64,000 bases of DNA, from the NCBI GenBank assembly GCA_963601575.1, contig CAVCFO010000003.1:33472-97471 (forward strand), read 5' to 3'. The translations under genes and the position numbers were made by a program. Within the stretch, counting starts at the first letter, position 1, and each line of letters starts with the position of its first letter. Below the pieces are notes generated by a model, which worked only from the letters and a program-made list of their open reading frames with translations, searched no databases and was not told the DNA's origin. This document shows, in pieces, positions 26,395 to 34,927 of this stretch. This stretch comes from a bacterium. GTDB taxonomy: Bacteria > Bacillota > Clostridia > Peptostreptococcales > Anaerovoracaceae.

Positions 26395-26397
26395 AAT
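26369..26397 (+). promoter_or_regulatory. sigma-A promoter of the ABC / CARDB-like / FtsX operon
   Basis: TTGCAT-17 nt-TAAAAT, about 50 nt upstream of ATG 26448. Confidence 0.55.
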
Positions 26398-26447
26398 TCT
26401 TTTGTATGTGAAAGCATCCACAAAACTAAATAAGGAAGGGGTAATTT

Positions 26448-27170
26448 ATGGAGAAAAAGGATTCTGCGACAAGACCCGTTATTCAGGTGCGAAACCTGAG
26501 CAAGGTTTATGTAATGGGTCAGGAACATGTGATTGCCTTAAAAAACATCAATCTCGCCATAAACAGGGGTGAGATATGTTGTATTTTCGGCACATCCGGT
26601 TCCGGAAAGAGTACGCTGCTGAACCAGCTTGCAGGTCTTGAAAAACCGACCAGGGGAGATGTCTTGATCAACGGGCGGTCGATTTCGCGTATGAACGAGA
26701 ACGAGCTTGCCGCCTTTAGACAGGAGCATATCGGTTTTGTCTTTCAGTCATATAATTTGCTGAAGGAGTTGACCTGCGTGGAGAATGTGGCGATGCCGCT
26801 GATGTTTCACGGCGTACCAAAGGATGTTCGCGAGCTGGAAGCAAAGAAAATGCTTCACAGGGTCGGACTTTTGCACAGGCTGAATCATTTTCCGGGGCAG
26901 ATGTCCGGCGGACAGCAACAGAGGGCAGGAATCGCCAGAGCGTTTATCAGCAGGCCCGAGATCGTCTTTGCCGACGAGCCAACCGGAAATCTCGATTCAA
27001 AGACGACCAAAGAGGTCATGGAAATGATCAGGGATTTCGCAAGGAAATTTCACCAGACCATCGTGCTGGTATCCCACGATCCCGAAATGACCACCTATGC
27101 CGACCGCATAGTAACGCTCATCGACGGGCAGATCGTCAGCGACGAGAGAATGAATCACGAAGACGAATAA
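26448..27170 (+). CDS. ABC transporter ATP-binding protein, MacB/LolD/FtsE-like
   Basis: Walker A GTSGSGKST, Q-loop, signature MSGGQQQR, Walker B VFADEPTGNLD. AAGGAAGGGG RBS. Confidence 0.93.
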   Translation: MEKKDSATRPVIQVRNLSKVYVMGQEHVIALKNINLAINRGEICCIFGTSGSGKSTLLNQLAGLEKPTRGDVLINGRSISRMNENELAAFRQEHIGFVFQSYNLLKELTCVENVAMPLMFHGVPKDVRELEAKKMLHRVGLLHRLNHFPGQMSGGQQQRAGIARAFISRPEIVFADEPTGNLDSKTTKEVMEMIRDFARKFHQTIVLVSHDPEMTTYADRIVTLIDGQIVSDERMNHEDE

Positions 27171-27215
27171 GAGACGAATAAGAAAAGAGCAAATAATGAG
27201 ATTGGGGAAATTATT

Positions 27216-29036
27216 ATGAAAAAGTTAATTAAAAAATGTTTGATATTTAGCATGGCGCTGGCGATGATATTGACATCCATGAGCGCGTTTGCGTTTGCAG
27301 AGGAGACTGAAGCTTCAGCCTCAGATGATCCGGAATATGTAGTAACGGGATATAGCATTACTAAATTGAACGGTAGCGATGTAAGTGCGGGGAAAATAGT
27401 TACCATAAACAAAGGTAATACAGTAACCATTTCGGTGGATATAAAATTGAACACTACAGATAAAATTGTTAGCACCTACGAGGTATTGAGACATGAGGAT
27501 AGTTTTAGTGGTGGCGATGCACCGACTATGACATGGACAGAAGGTACTAATAAATACAACATTGTGGTGAAAGACCTGGTATACAAAGGAACAGGACAAA
27601 GCCTGGTGTTAATGGTGCAAAACGGAACGGGATATGACACTTTGAAAGTCACCGTTGTCGAGGCAAAGGAGTACACAGAGCCGACCACCGACAGCAGCGA
27701 CAGCACCTATACTCCGGACAAGACTCCGGCTCCGAAGGCTATATTCAGCAGAAACGAGCTCACAAGCGATATCAAGGCAGGAGAGACCAGAACTGTAACA
27801 ATAAATGTCAAGAACGTGGGTAAGGCCAACATGACAAATCCTGTTCTCACGCTCACGCCGTCGGATGCCCTCATGATCGTAGGCGGCTCGACATCCTTTG
27901 AGATGTCATCTATAAACACGGGAAAGACCGGTTCTGTGAGCCTGCAGGTGAAGGCCCTCAGCAAGATCGAAAGCGCTAGCCAATATCTGGATGCGGAGCT
28001 TGACTATGACTATTATGACGGAACGAGCACGACAAGCAATAGCGTCAAGGGCAAAGTCTCCATCCCGGCGACCGTAACCAAAACCGAAGATACGGCCACG
28101 GATGAGGCAGGAAATCCCGTGCCGAATATTATAGTAACCAAATTCAGCTATGGCAACGAATCCGTTGCCGCAGGGAGCAATTTCACATTCTCCTTCAAAT
28201 TCAAAAATACCAGCAGCGAGCTTAACGTAGACAACGTGGTAGTTACCGTGGACGGCGGGGAAAACCTCATGCTCAGCGGCAGCACTAACTCCTTCTTCTT
28301 TAACAAGATAAAGGCGGGCAGCTCCAAGACCGTGAGCGTTCCGATGAAGGCGCTAAAAACTCTGGCGGTAAACTCCCAGGTGGTTTCCGTGAATTTCAAA
28401 TATGAATATGTTGACCAGAACAAGAGAACTCAGGCAACTTCGGATGCCAAGCTTTCGGTACCTGTTTATCAGCCGGACAAATTCGAAATAACGCAGCCGG
28501 TTCTTCCGGACTACATATCAGAGGGTGAGGAGGTAACCCTCACGCTCAATTATGTAAACAAGGGCAAGACCGAAGTTTCCAATGTGGAGGCGAGCCTTGA
28601 GGGAGATGTTACTTCCTCCAACTCTTTGCAAAATATCGGAAATCTCGAAGCCGGAAAGAGCGGAGCCATCGTATTTGCTGTAACCGCAGGAGCAGCGGGC
28701 GAAAACGAGTTTGATGTAAAGATCAGCTACGAGGACAGCAACGGGGACACGAAAGAAAGGATTTTCCCGGTAACCATGTCCGTTCAGGCTATGGAGCCTT
28801 ATGTTCCGGACGATAGTATCGACAATGGAGGAGATACAGGAGAAGAAACCGGAGGATTTAACTGGTGGATTCTTGCCGCTATCGCAGTCGTTCTTGCAAT
28901 TGCGGCTACAATAATTCTCAAAAAGAGAAAAAAAGCAAAGGCAGCAAAGCAAGAGCAGGCGCTCTGGGACAGCTGGGATAATGAGCTTGGCAGCGATGAG
29001 GAAAGTGCAGGAAGCAATGACAAAGGGGATAAATAA
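27216..29036 (+). CDS. type-I membrane protein with four Ig-like/CARDB-like (COG1361-type) beta-sandwich repeats
   Basis: Signal peptide ending AFAFA-EE. Three ~115-aa repeats share the pattern (A)G(E/S)..T.T..(V/F)KN.G..., followed by a C-terminal TM (WWILAAIAVVLAIAATIIL), KKRKKAKAAK and an acidic tail. TAATG overlap with the permease gene. Confidence 0.8.
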   Translation: MKKLIKKCLIFSMALAMILTSMSAFAFAEETEASASDDPEYVVTGYSITKLNGSDVSAGKIVTINKGNTVTISVDIKLNTTDKIVSTYEVLRHEDSFSGGDAPTMTWTEGTNKYNIVVKDLVYKGTGQSLVLMVQNGTGYDTLKVTVVEAKEYTEPTTDSSDSTYTPDKTPAPKAIFSRNELTSDIKAGETRTVTINVKNVGKANMTNPVLTLTPSDALMIVGGSTSFEMSSINTGKTGSVSLQVKALSKIESASQYLDAELDYDYYDGTSTTSNSVKGKVSIPATVTKTEDTATDEAGNPVPNIIVTKFSYGNESVAAGSNFTFSFKFKNTSSELNVDNVVVTVDGGENLMLSGSTNSFFFNKIKAGSSKTVSVPMKALKTLAVNSQVVSVNFKYEYVDQNKRTQATSDAKLSVPVYQPDKFEITQPVLPDYISEGEEVTLTLNYVNKGKTEVSNVEASLEGDVTSSNSLQNIGNLEAGKSGAIVFAVTAGAAGENEFDVKISYEDSNGDTKERIFPVTMSVQAMEPYVPDDSIDNGGDTGEETGGFNWWILAAIAVVLAIAATIILKKRKKAKAAKQEQALWDSWDNELGSDEESAGSNDKGDK

Positions 29037-30403
29037 TGAAATTTTCAGATATTTGGAGAATGTGCGCAGATAATCTGAAAAGAAGAAAAGGGCGTACATT
29101 TTTGACGGTTCTGGGTGTTTTTATCGGATGCTGTTCCATCATCGTGATGGTTTCGATCGGTATCGGCATGAGCGAGATGCAGGACCAAATGATTTCAAAC
29201 ATGGGGGATTTGACCATCGTAGAGGTTTACCAGGGAGGTTCTCAGGATGGACAGACCGTAAAGCTTGACGACAATGCGGTTGACAGCTTTTCGGAAATTG
29301 CAGGTGTGCAGGCGGTATATCCAAAGTACGAAAACTATGAGTACACTTTTAAGCTGTATGCCGGAGTAAATAACAGATACTGTGCAGAATATGCTACCAT
29401 TATGGGAGTAAATACCGAAGCCATAGAAGATATGGGAATAGAAATCATGGAGGGAACCACCGCCGGAAAGGGCAAGGATGAAGGCGTCTGCGGACAATAC
29501 TTCGAGTATTCTTTCAAAGATACACTCATGCCCGACGGAAGCAATACGGTCGACTACTGGTCATATATGTACGACGACCAGGGTAACCAGATCGAAAATC
29601 CGGAATTGCCGGATCCATATTTCGATGCCATGTCAACTCCTGTAATTATACAGGCGCTGGCAAACGACGCAAATCAGACCGCATATGAGAGAGAAATCAA
29701 GATTACCGGAAGAACCAAACAGGATACCGCGAAGGGATGGGAAACTTCCCAGGGTCTTATGATCAGCGTAGATACCTTTAAGGACATCATTTCAAAGCTG
29801 ACCGGAGTTCCGGTAGGAAAGACCGAATATACCAGCATCAGCGTAAAGGCTACGGATATTGACAGCGTAGAAGATGTTGAAGCTGCCATCAAGGCGCTGG
29901 GATACAGCACCTCTTCCATGGCAAGCATCCGTGAGGAGATGCAAAAGAGCGCAAGACAGACTCAAATGATGCTTGGCGGACTTGGCGCGATCTCCCTTTT
30001 CGTTGCGGCAATCGGCATTACCAATACCATGATAATGTCAATTTCCGAGCGCACAAAGGAGATAGGCATCATGAAGTCCCTGGGCTGCTATATCAGAGAC
30101 ATCCGCGCGCTCTTCCTTATGGAGGCAGGTGCAATCGGACTCATGGGCGGAATTTTCGGCAGCATCATCAGCCTATTGGCCTCGTGGATAATAAACATAG
30201 TATCCTTTGGCGGAGGCTTTACAAAGGAAGCTCTCAAGATGGCCATGTTCGGCGGAGAGAATGTTACTCGGGTTTCGGTGGTACCGCTGTGGCTGATTGC
30301 ATTTGCAATCTGCTTCTCGATAATGATCGGTCTTGTTTCGGGCTACTACCCGGCAAACAAGGCTGTAAAGATACCGGCACTGGAAGCAATCAAGACAGAA
30401 TAA
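29036..30403 (+). CDS. ABC transporter permease, FtsX/MacB type, with a ~270-aa extracytoplasmic domain
   Basis: TM1 (FLTVLGVFIGCCSIIVMVSIGIG), a large loop, then three C-terminal TMs carrying the FtsX-domain motif ERTKEIGIMKSLGC. Confidence 0.9.
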   Translation: MKFSDIWRMCADNLKRRKGRTFLTVLGVFIGCCSIIVMVSIGIGMSEMQDQMISNMGDLTIVEVYQGGSQDGQTVKLDDNAVDSFSEIAGVQAVYPKYENYEYTFKLYAGVNNRYCAEYATIMGVNTEAIEDMGIEIMEGTTAGKGKDEGVCGQYFEYSFKDTLMPDGSNTVDYWSYMYDDQGNQIENPELPDPYFDAMSTPVIIQALANDANQTAYEREIKITGRTKQDTAKGWETSQGLMISVDTFKDIISKLTGVPVGKTEYTSISVKATDIDSVEDVEAAIKALGYSTSSMASIREEMQKSARQTQMMLGGLGAISLFVAAIGITNTMIMSISERTKEIGIMKSLGCYIRDIRALFLMEAGAIGLMGGIFGSIISLLASWIINIVSFGGGFTKEALKMAMFGGENVTRVSVVPLWLIAFAICFSIMIGLVSGYYPANKAVKIPALEAIKTE

Positions 30404-30459
30404 AAAAGTAGCTTGGCAAGCTCCGCTGCTAGGCCCGAAAATGAAAGAGGTGATGCATC

Positions 30460-30921
30460 ATGAGGTGCCCGTTTTGCAGTAATCCCGATACGAAAGTTAT
30501 AGACTCGCGTCCCACAGACGAGGGGTATGCGATCAGGCGCCGCAGAGGCTGCGACAGCTGCGGCAGGCGATTTACCACATTCGAAAAGGTCGAGGAGACG
30601 ATACTCATGGTAGTCAAAAAGGACTCCCGAAGAGAGGTATTCGACCGAAACAAGATACTGAACGGAATCGTCAAGGCATGCGAAAAGAGACCGGTTTCGA
30701 TGACGCAGATCGAGGACATGGTCAGCGATATAGAGAAAACCCTTGCAAACCTCATGGAAAAGGAGGTTACAAGCGACTATATCGGAGAGCTTGTGATGGA
30801 ACAGCTCAAAAAGGTCGATGAGGTCGCCTATGTGCGCTTCGCATCGGTTTATAGGCAATTCACGGATGTAAATACATTCATCAGCGAAATCGAAAAACTA
30901 ATCGGAAAGCAGGACAAATAA
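30460..30921 (+). CDS. nrdR: transcriptional repressor NrdR
   Basis: [17 protein letters not shown]...[12 protein letters not shown] zinc ribbon plus ATP-cone. Confidence 0.96.
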   Translation: MRCPFCSNPDTKVIDSRPTDEGYAIRRRRGCDSCGRRFTTFEKVEETILMVVKKDSRREVFDRNKILNGIVKACEKRPVSMTQIEDMVSDIEKTLANLMEKEVTSDYIGELVMEQLKKVDEVAYVRFASVYRQFTDVNTFISEIEKLIGKQDK

Positions 30922-30923
30922 GA

Positions 30924-31577
30924 ATGACTATGAGAACTTTTCAGATCGCCATAGACGGCCCTAGCGGTGCCGGAAAATCAACCATCGCAAAGGCTGTAGC
31001 AAAGAAACTCGGGATAGAATATATCGATACCGGCGCCATGTATAGAGCCATAGGCCTCAAGATGCATAGGCTCGGGATTCCGATGCTGGAGGCAGAGCCG
31101 CTCCTTGCGATGCTTGGTGATACGGATATAGATTTTGCAAATGAACATATATATCTTGACGGAGAGGATGTTAGCAGCCTCATCAGAACCCAGGAAATCT
31201 CAAAGGCGGCCTCCGACTGTTCGGCCTTCCTTTCCGTAAGGCGAAAGCTCGTGGCACTTCAGCAGAAGATGGCGCGCGAAAAGAGCGTGATCATGGACGG
31301 AAGGGACATCGGCACGGTGGTTTTGAAGGACGCGCCGTACAAGTTTTTCCTGACGGCAGATGATGAGGAGCGCGCAAGAAGGCGCCACGCGGAGCTTGTT
31401 GCAAAGGGCCAGGATATAAGCTTCGAAGAAGTGCTTATGCAGCTAAGAGAGCGGGATCATAACGATTCTACCAGAGAGGTTATCCCTCTTCGCAAGGCAG
31501 ACGATGCTGAGGAGATAGACAGCACGAACATGACTATCCGGGAAGTCGTGGACTATATCTGCGGCAAGATAAAATAA
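30924..31577 (+). CDS. cmk: cytidylate kinase
   Basis: IAIDGPSGAGKST P-loop, IDTGAMYRA, MDGRDIGTVV. Confidence 0.95.
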   Translation: MTMRTFQIAIDGPSGAGKSTIAKAVAKKLGIEYIDTGAMYRAIGLKMHRLGIPMLEAEPLLAMLGDTDIDFANEHIYLDGEDVSSLIRTQEISKAASDCSAFLSVRRKLVALQQKMAREKSVIMDGRDIGTVVLKDAPYKFFLTADDEERARRRHAELVAKGQDISFEEVLMQLRERDHNDSTREVIPLRKADDAEEIDSTNMTIREVVDYICGKIK

Positions 31578-31587
31578 AAGAACAAGC

Positions 31588-31626
31588 AAATCCTTCTCAG
31601 GGGCTACCCCGGAGGAGGATTTTTTT
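31588..31626 (+). terminator. intrinsic terminator after cmk
   Basis: AAATCCTTCTCAGGGG-CTA-CCCCGGAGGAGGATTT followed by TTTTTT. Confidence 0.7.
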
Positions 31627-31684
31627 CGCGGCAGAGCTTGCCCTGCCTTCATCCCAAAAACACAAAATAATGCACCGAGAATGC

Positions 31685-31713
31685 TTGTACTTGTGTCAAA
31701 AAAATGATATAAT
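31685..31713 (+). promoter_or_regulatory. sigma-A promoter of radC-mreBCD
   Basis: TTGTAC-17 nt-TATAAT. Confidence 0.55.
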
Positions 31714-31796
31714 TCTATATCTAATGTATTCTGACAAAATGGGATTTGTATGTTCACAGACAGGGGTTTTCGCTTTTGACAAAAGGGGGAACCGAG

Positions 31797-32480
31797 ATGA
31801 AAATGAAAATGCTTCCGCAGGAAGAAAGACCTGTGGAAAAGGCAGAGTTCTGCGGAGTAGGAGCACTGTCGAATATTGAGCTTGTAGCGATATTGCTAGG
31901 CTCGGGAACGCGCGAAAAGTCCGCTATGGGACTCGCGGAGGAAATAATCTCCGCAAGTGATGAGGGGATTTCTTTTCTGGCGGATTGCACGGTAGACGAG
32001 CTAAAGGCCATCAAGGGCGTCGGCAGCACGAAGGCTACCCGAGTCCTGGCCGGAATCGAGCTCGGAAGACGTGTATCACAAGGGCCTTCCGGCAGCAGGC
32101 GCCAAATACATAGGGCAGAGGATGTAGCAAATTTCTTTATGAGAGAATTGCGCCACGAAAAGAAAGAAAATTTCAAGGCTGTCTTGCTCAACGCAAAGGG
32201 CCAGATCATATCCGTCGAATCAATTTCTGTTGGAGATCTGACCATGGCACCCGTGCATCCCAGAGAGGGATTCCGCCAGGCGGTCAAAAAGAGCGCAGCG
32301 GCGGTGATTTTTGTACATAACCATCCCAGCGGAGACGCAATGCCAAGCGAAGAAGATATTGAAATCACCAGACGCCTCATGGCATGCGGAACGCTCCTTG
32401 GGATCAAGGTCGTGGATCATATAGTAATAGGAGATAATAGATATCGCAGCATTGCGGCGATGATAGATTCACAAGAGTAG
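31797..32480 (+). CDS. radC: RadC-family JAMM domain protein
   Basis: LPQEERPVEK...LSNIELVAILLGSG and the JAMM motif HNHPSGD. ATG 31797 follows the GGGGGA RBS; the ORF-track start at 31746 is less likely. Confidence 0.9.
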   Translation: MKMKMLPQEERPVEKAEFCGVGALSNIELVAILLGSGTREKSAMGLAEEIISASDEGISFLADCTVDELKAIKGVGSTKATRVLAGIELGRRVSQGPSGSRRQIHRAEDVANFFMRELRHEKKENFKAVLLNAKGQIISVESISVGDLTMAPVHPREGFRQAVKKSAAAVIFVHNHPSGDAMPSEEDIEITRRLMACGTLLGIKVVDHIVIGDNRYRSIAAMIDSQE

Positions 32481-32555
32481 AAAGCAAGAATAGAAAAAGA
32501 AAGAATAGAAAGTATAATAAGTTCAAGAATTGTCTTAGTTAACGGAGGTAAAAAA

Positions 32556-33599
32556 ATGTGCAGTTTATTCAAAGCTAAAGATATGGGAATTGACCTTGGT
32601 ACGGCCAACACGCTTATTTATGTGAAGGGTAGCGGCATCGTGCTCAACGAGCCATCTGTAATTGCGGTAGATACCCGGCAGGCGAAAACCATTGCGGTAG
32701 GAGCTCATGCCAAGGAGATGCTGGGAAAGGCCCCCGCAAACATTTCCGTGGTAAGACCTCTGCAGGACGGAGTTATTTCGGATTTCGACAGGACGGCAGA
32801 CATGCTCAAGGCATTCCTGGAATCTGCACTCAAGATAAAGAGAATCAGAAACTTCAGAGTAGTAGTCGGAGTCCCGAGCGGAGTTACCGAGGTCGAAAAG
32901 AGAGCGGTAGAAGAGATAGTTAGGCAGATGGGCGCAACCGAGGTATTCATCCTGGAGGAGCCTATGGCTGCCGCAATCGGCGCGGGAATGCCGGTTGACG
33001 GAAGCGACGGATGCATGATCGCAGACATAGGCGGTGGCACCACAGACGTTGCAATTATAGCGCTTGGCGGCGTGGTAACAAGCACCTCCATAAGGCATGC
33101 CGGTGATAAGATGAACGAGGCAATTATCCAATATATGAGAAAAAGGCATTCACTCTTTATCGGAGAGCGCACGGCAGAACAGCTCAAGATTAACATCGGC
33201 TGCGCATGCATGGACGAGGACGAGGACGGAAACGAAATTATCACAACCATGGATGCCAGAGGACGCGACATCATCTCCGGGCTCCCGAAAACGCTGGCTG
33301 TTAGCAACAAGGACATTATGCTGGCGCTTGAGGAATCGATCGACATCATCGTCGATGCGATCAAAGCCACCATCGAGAAGGCACCGCCGGAAATCGCAGC
33401 GGATATCGCAGAACACGGAATGCTTCTGTCCGGAGGTGGAGGCAAGATCCGTAACCTCGACAAATTGATCAAGAAGAGAACCGATATGGATGTAAGAGTT
33501 GCAGAAAACGCCTTCGAGGCGGTTGCGGAGGGCACCGGAATGAGCCTTGAAGATATTGAGAAACTCAAGATTTATGCCCAAAGCGGCAAGAAGAGATAG
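32556..33599 (+). CDS. mreB: rod-shape-determining actin homologue MreB
   Basis: GIDLGTANT, DIGGGTTDVA, LSGGGG; GGAGG RBS. Confidence 0.96.
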   Translation: MCSLFKAKDMGIDLGTANTLIYVKGSGIVLNEPSVIAVDTRQAKTIAVGAHAKEMLGKAPANISVVRPLQDGVISDFDRTADMLKAFLESALKIKRIRNFRVVVGVPSGVTEVEKRAVEEIVRQMGATEVFILEEPMAAAIGAGMPVDGSDGCMIADIGGGTTDVAIIALGGVVTSTSIRHAGDKMNEAIIQYMRKRHSLFIGERTAEQLKINIGCACMDEDEDGNEIITTMDARGRDIISGLPKTLAVSNKDIMLALEESIDIIVDAIKATIEKAPPEIAADIAEHGMLLSGGGGKIRNLDKLIKKRTDMDVRVAENAFEAVAEGTGMSLEDIEKLKIYAQSGKKR

Positions 33600-33605
33600 A
33601 CGAAG

Positions 33606-34424
33606 ATGAGATGGTTTGGTGAACACAAATTAACGACGCTTGTGCTGGCAATATTACTGGCACTTGGAATCATATTCGGAATTTCCATCGCGCGCGGGGG
33701 TAGCGGGACCGAAGCCTCGGGAGTTTTGAACCGGGGAATGAATGTTATCTCCGGCGGGCTCGGCTCGGTTGCGGGCACGATAAAGGACAATGTCACCGGG
33801 ATTTTCTCATACCGAAAACTCCAGGCTGAGGTAGAATCCCTGCAGGAGGAAAATAACTCCCTAAAAAAGCAGCTCACCGAGGCAAAGCTCGAAAAGGATC
33901 AGCTCAGGCAGCTTACGGAGCTTTCGCAGCTTCTCAACTACGAGTATACGAAGAAAGAATTCAAGCTTGTTTCGGCTGATGTAACCTCGCTTGACGGAGC
34001 AAATTGGACGAACATTTTCACCATAAATGTCGGTACGGAGGAAGGAGTTAAGATCGGCGATGCTGTCGTGAACGGTATGGGGCTTATAGGAAAGGTCCAG
34101 GATGCCGGAAAACACTGGGCGAAGGTGATTTCTATCATCGACGACGACAGCAAGGTCAGTTTCAAGCTCGCACGCGACAGCAAGCAGCTTGGCGTGGTCG
34201 AGGGAAATTCCATGGGAGAGATTAGCGGATATATGCTCGACGCAGACTCCCTGGTTTCTCAGGGGGATACATTGATCACCTCTGGCCTGGGCACATATCC
34301 GGAAGGACTCGAAATAGGTACGGTTCAGGATGTCTCATATAACAGCAACACCATGCTGAAGGAAATAACCGTAGAGACCGCTGCCGATTTTAAGAGCATA
34401 GAAAAGGTTTCGGTGATTATATGA
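33606..34424 (+). CDS. mreC: rod-shape-determining protein MreC
   Basis: N-terminal TM, coiled coil (LQEENNSLKKQL) and beta-barrel domains (GMGLIGKV...; VITSGLGTYPEGLEIG). Confidence 0.88.
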   Translation: MRWFGEHKLTTLVLAILLALGIIFGISIARGGSGTEASGVLNRGMNVISGGLGSVAGTIKDNVTGIFSYRKLQAEVESLQEENNSLKKQLTEAKLEKDQLRQLTELSQLLNYEYTKKEFKLVSADVTSLDGANWTNIFTINVGTEEGVKIGDAVVNGMGLIGKVQDAGKHWAKVISIIDDDSKVSFKLARDSKQLGVVEGNSMGEISGYMLDADSLVSQGDTLITSGLGTYPEGLEIGTVQDVSYNSNTMLKEITVETAADFKSIEKVSVII

Positions 34425-34927
34425 GTATGAGCTACCGAAAGGCCGGGGCGATGTTCCTGGCAGCATTCCTTACGCAGACCTCACTACTGAATTTGTTTAT
34501 GATCAGAGGATATACACCGCATTTGATCCTGTGTCTGGTTGTCGTGCTGTCTTTCTTGTACAAAAATCGGACTTATGGCATCATTTTCGGTGCGCTTTTC
34601 GGATTGCTATATGACATTTGCTTTAGCAGCGTGACAGGCCCTACGGCGATTTGCCTTGTGGTTGTGGCTACGCTGACATTGCTCATCAGAGAATATGCCA
34701 ATATCGAAAATATCATAAATATGTGGATCGTGGCAACACTCTCCGTCATGGCCTACTACCTTATGAGCTGGGTACTTTTTCACCTGGCGGGAAATCCGAT
34801 CGGCATCGTTTATATACTAAAAAAACTGCCGGGCGAGTATATTTATTCGCTCATTGTTATCACAATATTATATTTGATTTTGATTAGAACTGCGGCAAAA
34901 CATCGCAAAGACAGGTATTTTAGATGA
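34421..34927 (+). CDS. mreD: rod-shape-determining protein MreD
   Basis: 168-aa protein with 5-6 TMs immediately after mreC, with overlapping stop/start. Confidence 0.72.
   Translation: MSMSYRKAGAMFLAAFLTQTSLLNLFMIRGYTPHLILCLVVVLSFLYKNRTYGIIFGALFGLLYDICFSSVTGPTAICLVVVATLTLLIREYANIENIINMWIVATLSVMAYYLMSWVLFHLAGNPIGIVYILKKLPGEYIYSLIVITILYLILIRTAAKHRKDRYFR

Noticed and set aside
32705-33568. Long antisense ORFs, e.g. 287 aa opposite mreB, 287 aa opposite thiI (44470-45333), 275 aa opposite bcd (46108-46935), 230 aa opposite yggS (21309-22001) and 220 aa opposite mrdA (36943-37605)
   Set aside because: These are Ser/Ala/Pro/Ile-rich, motif-free shadow frames of strongly supported sense genes, with no RBS. 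This is the typical stop-codon-poor antisense frame.
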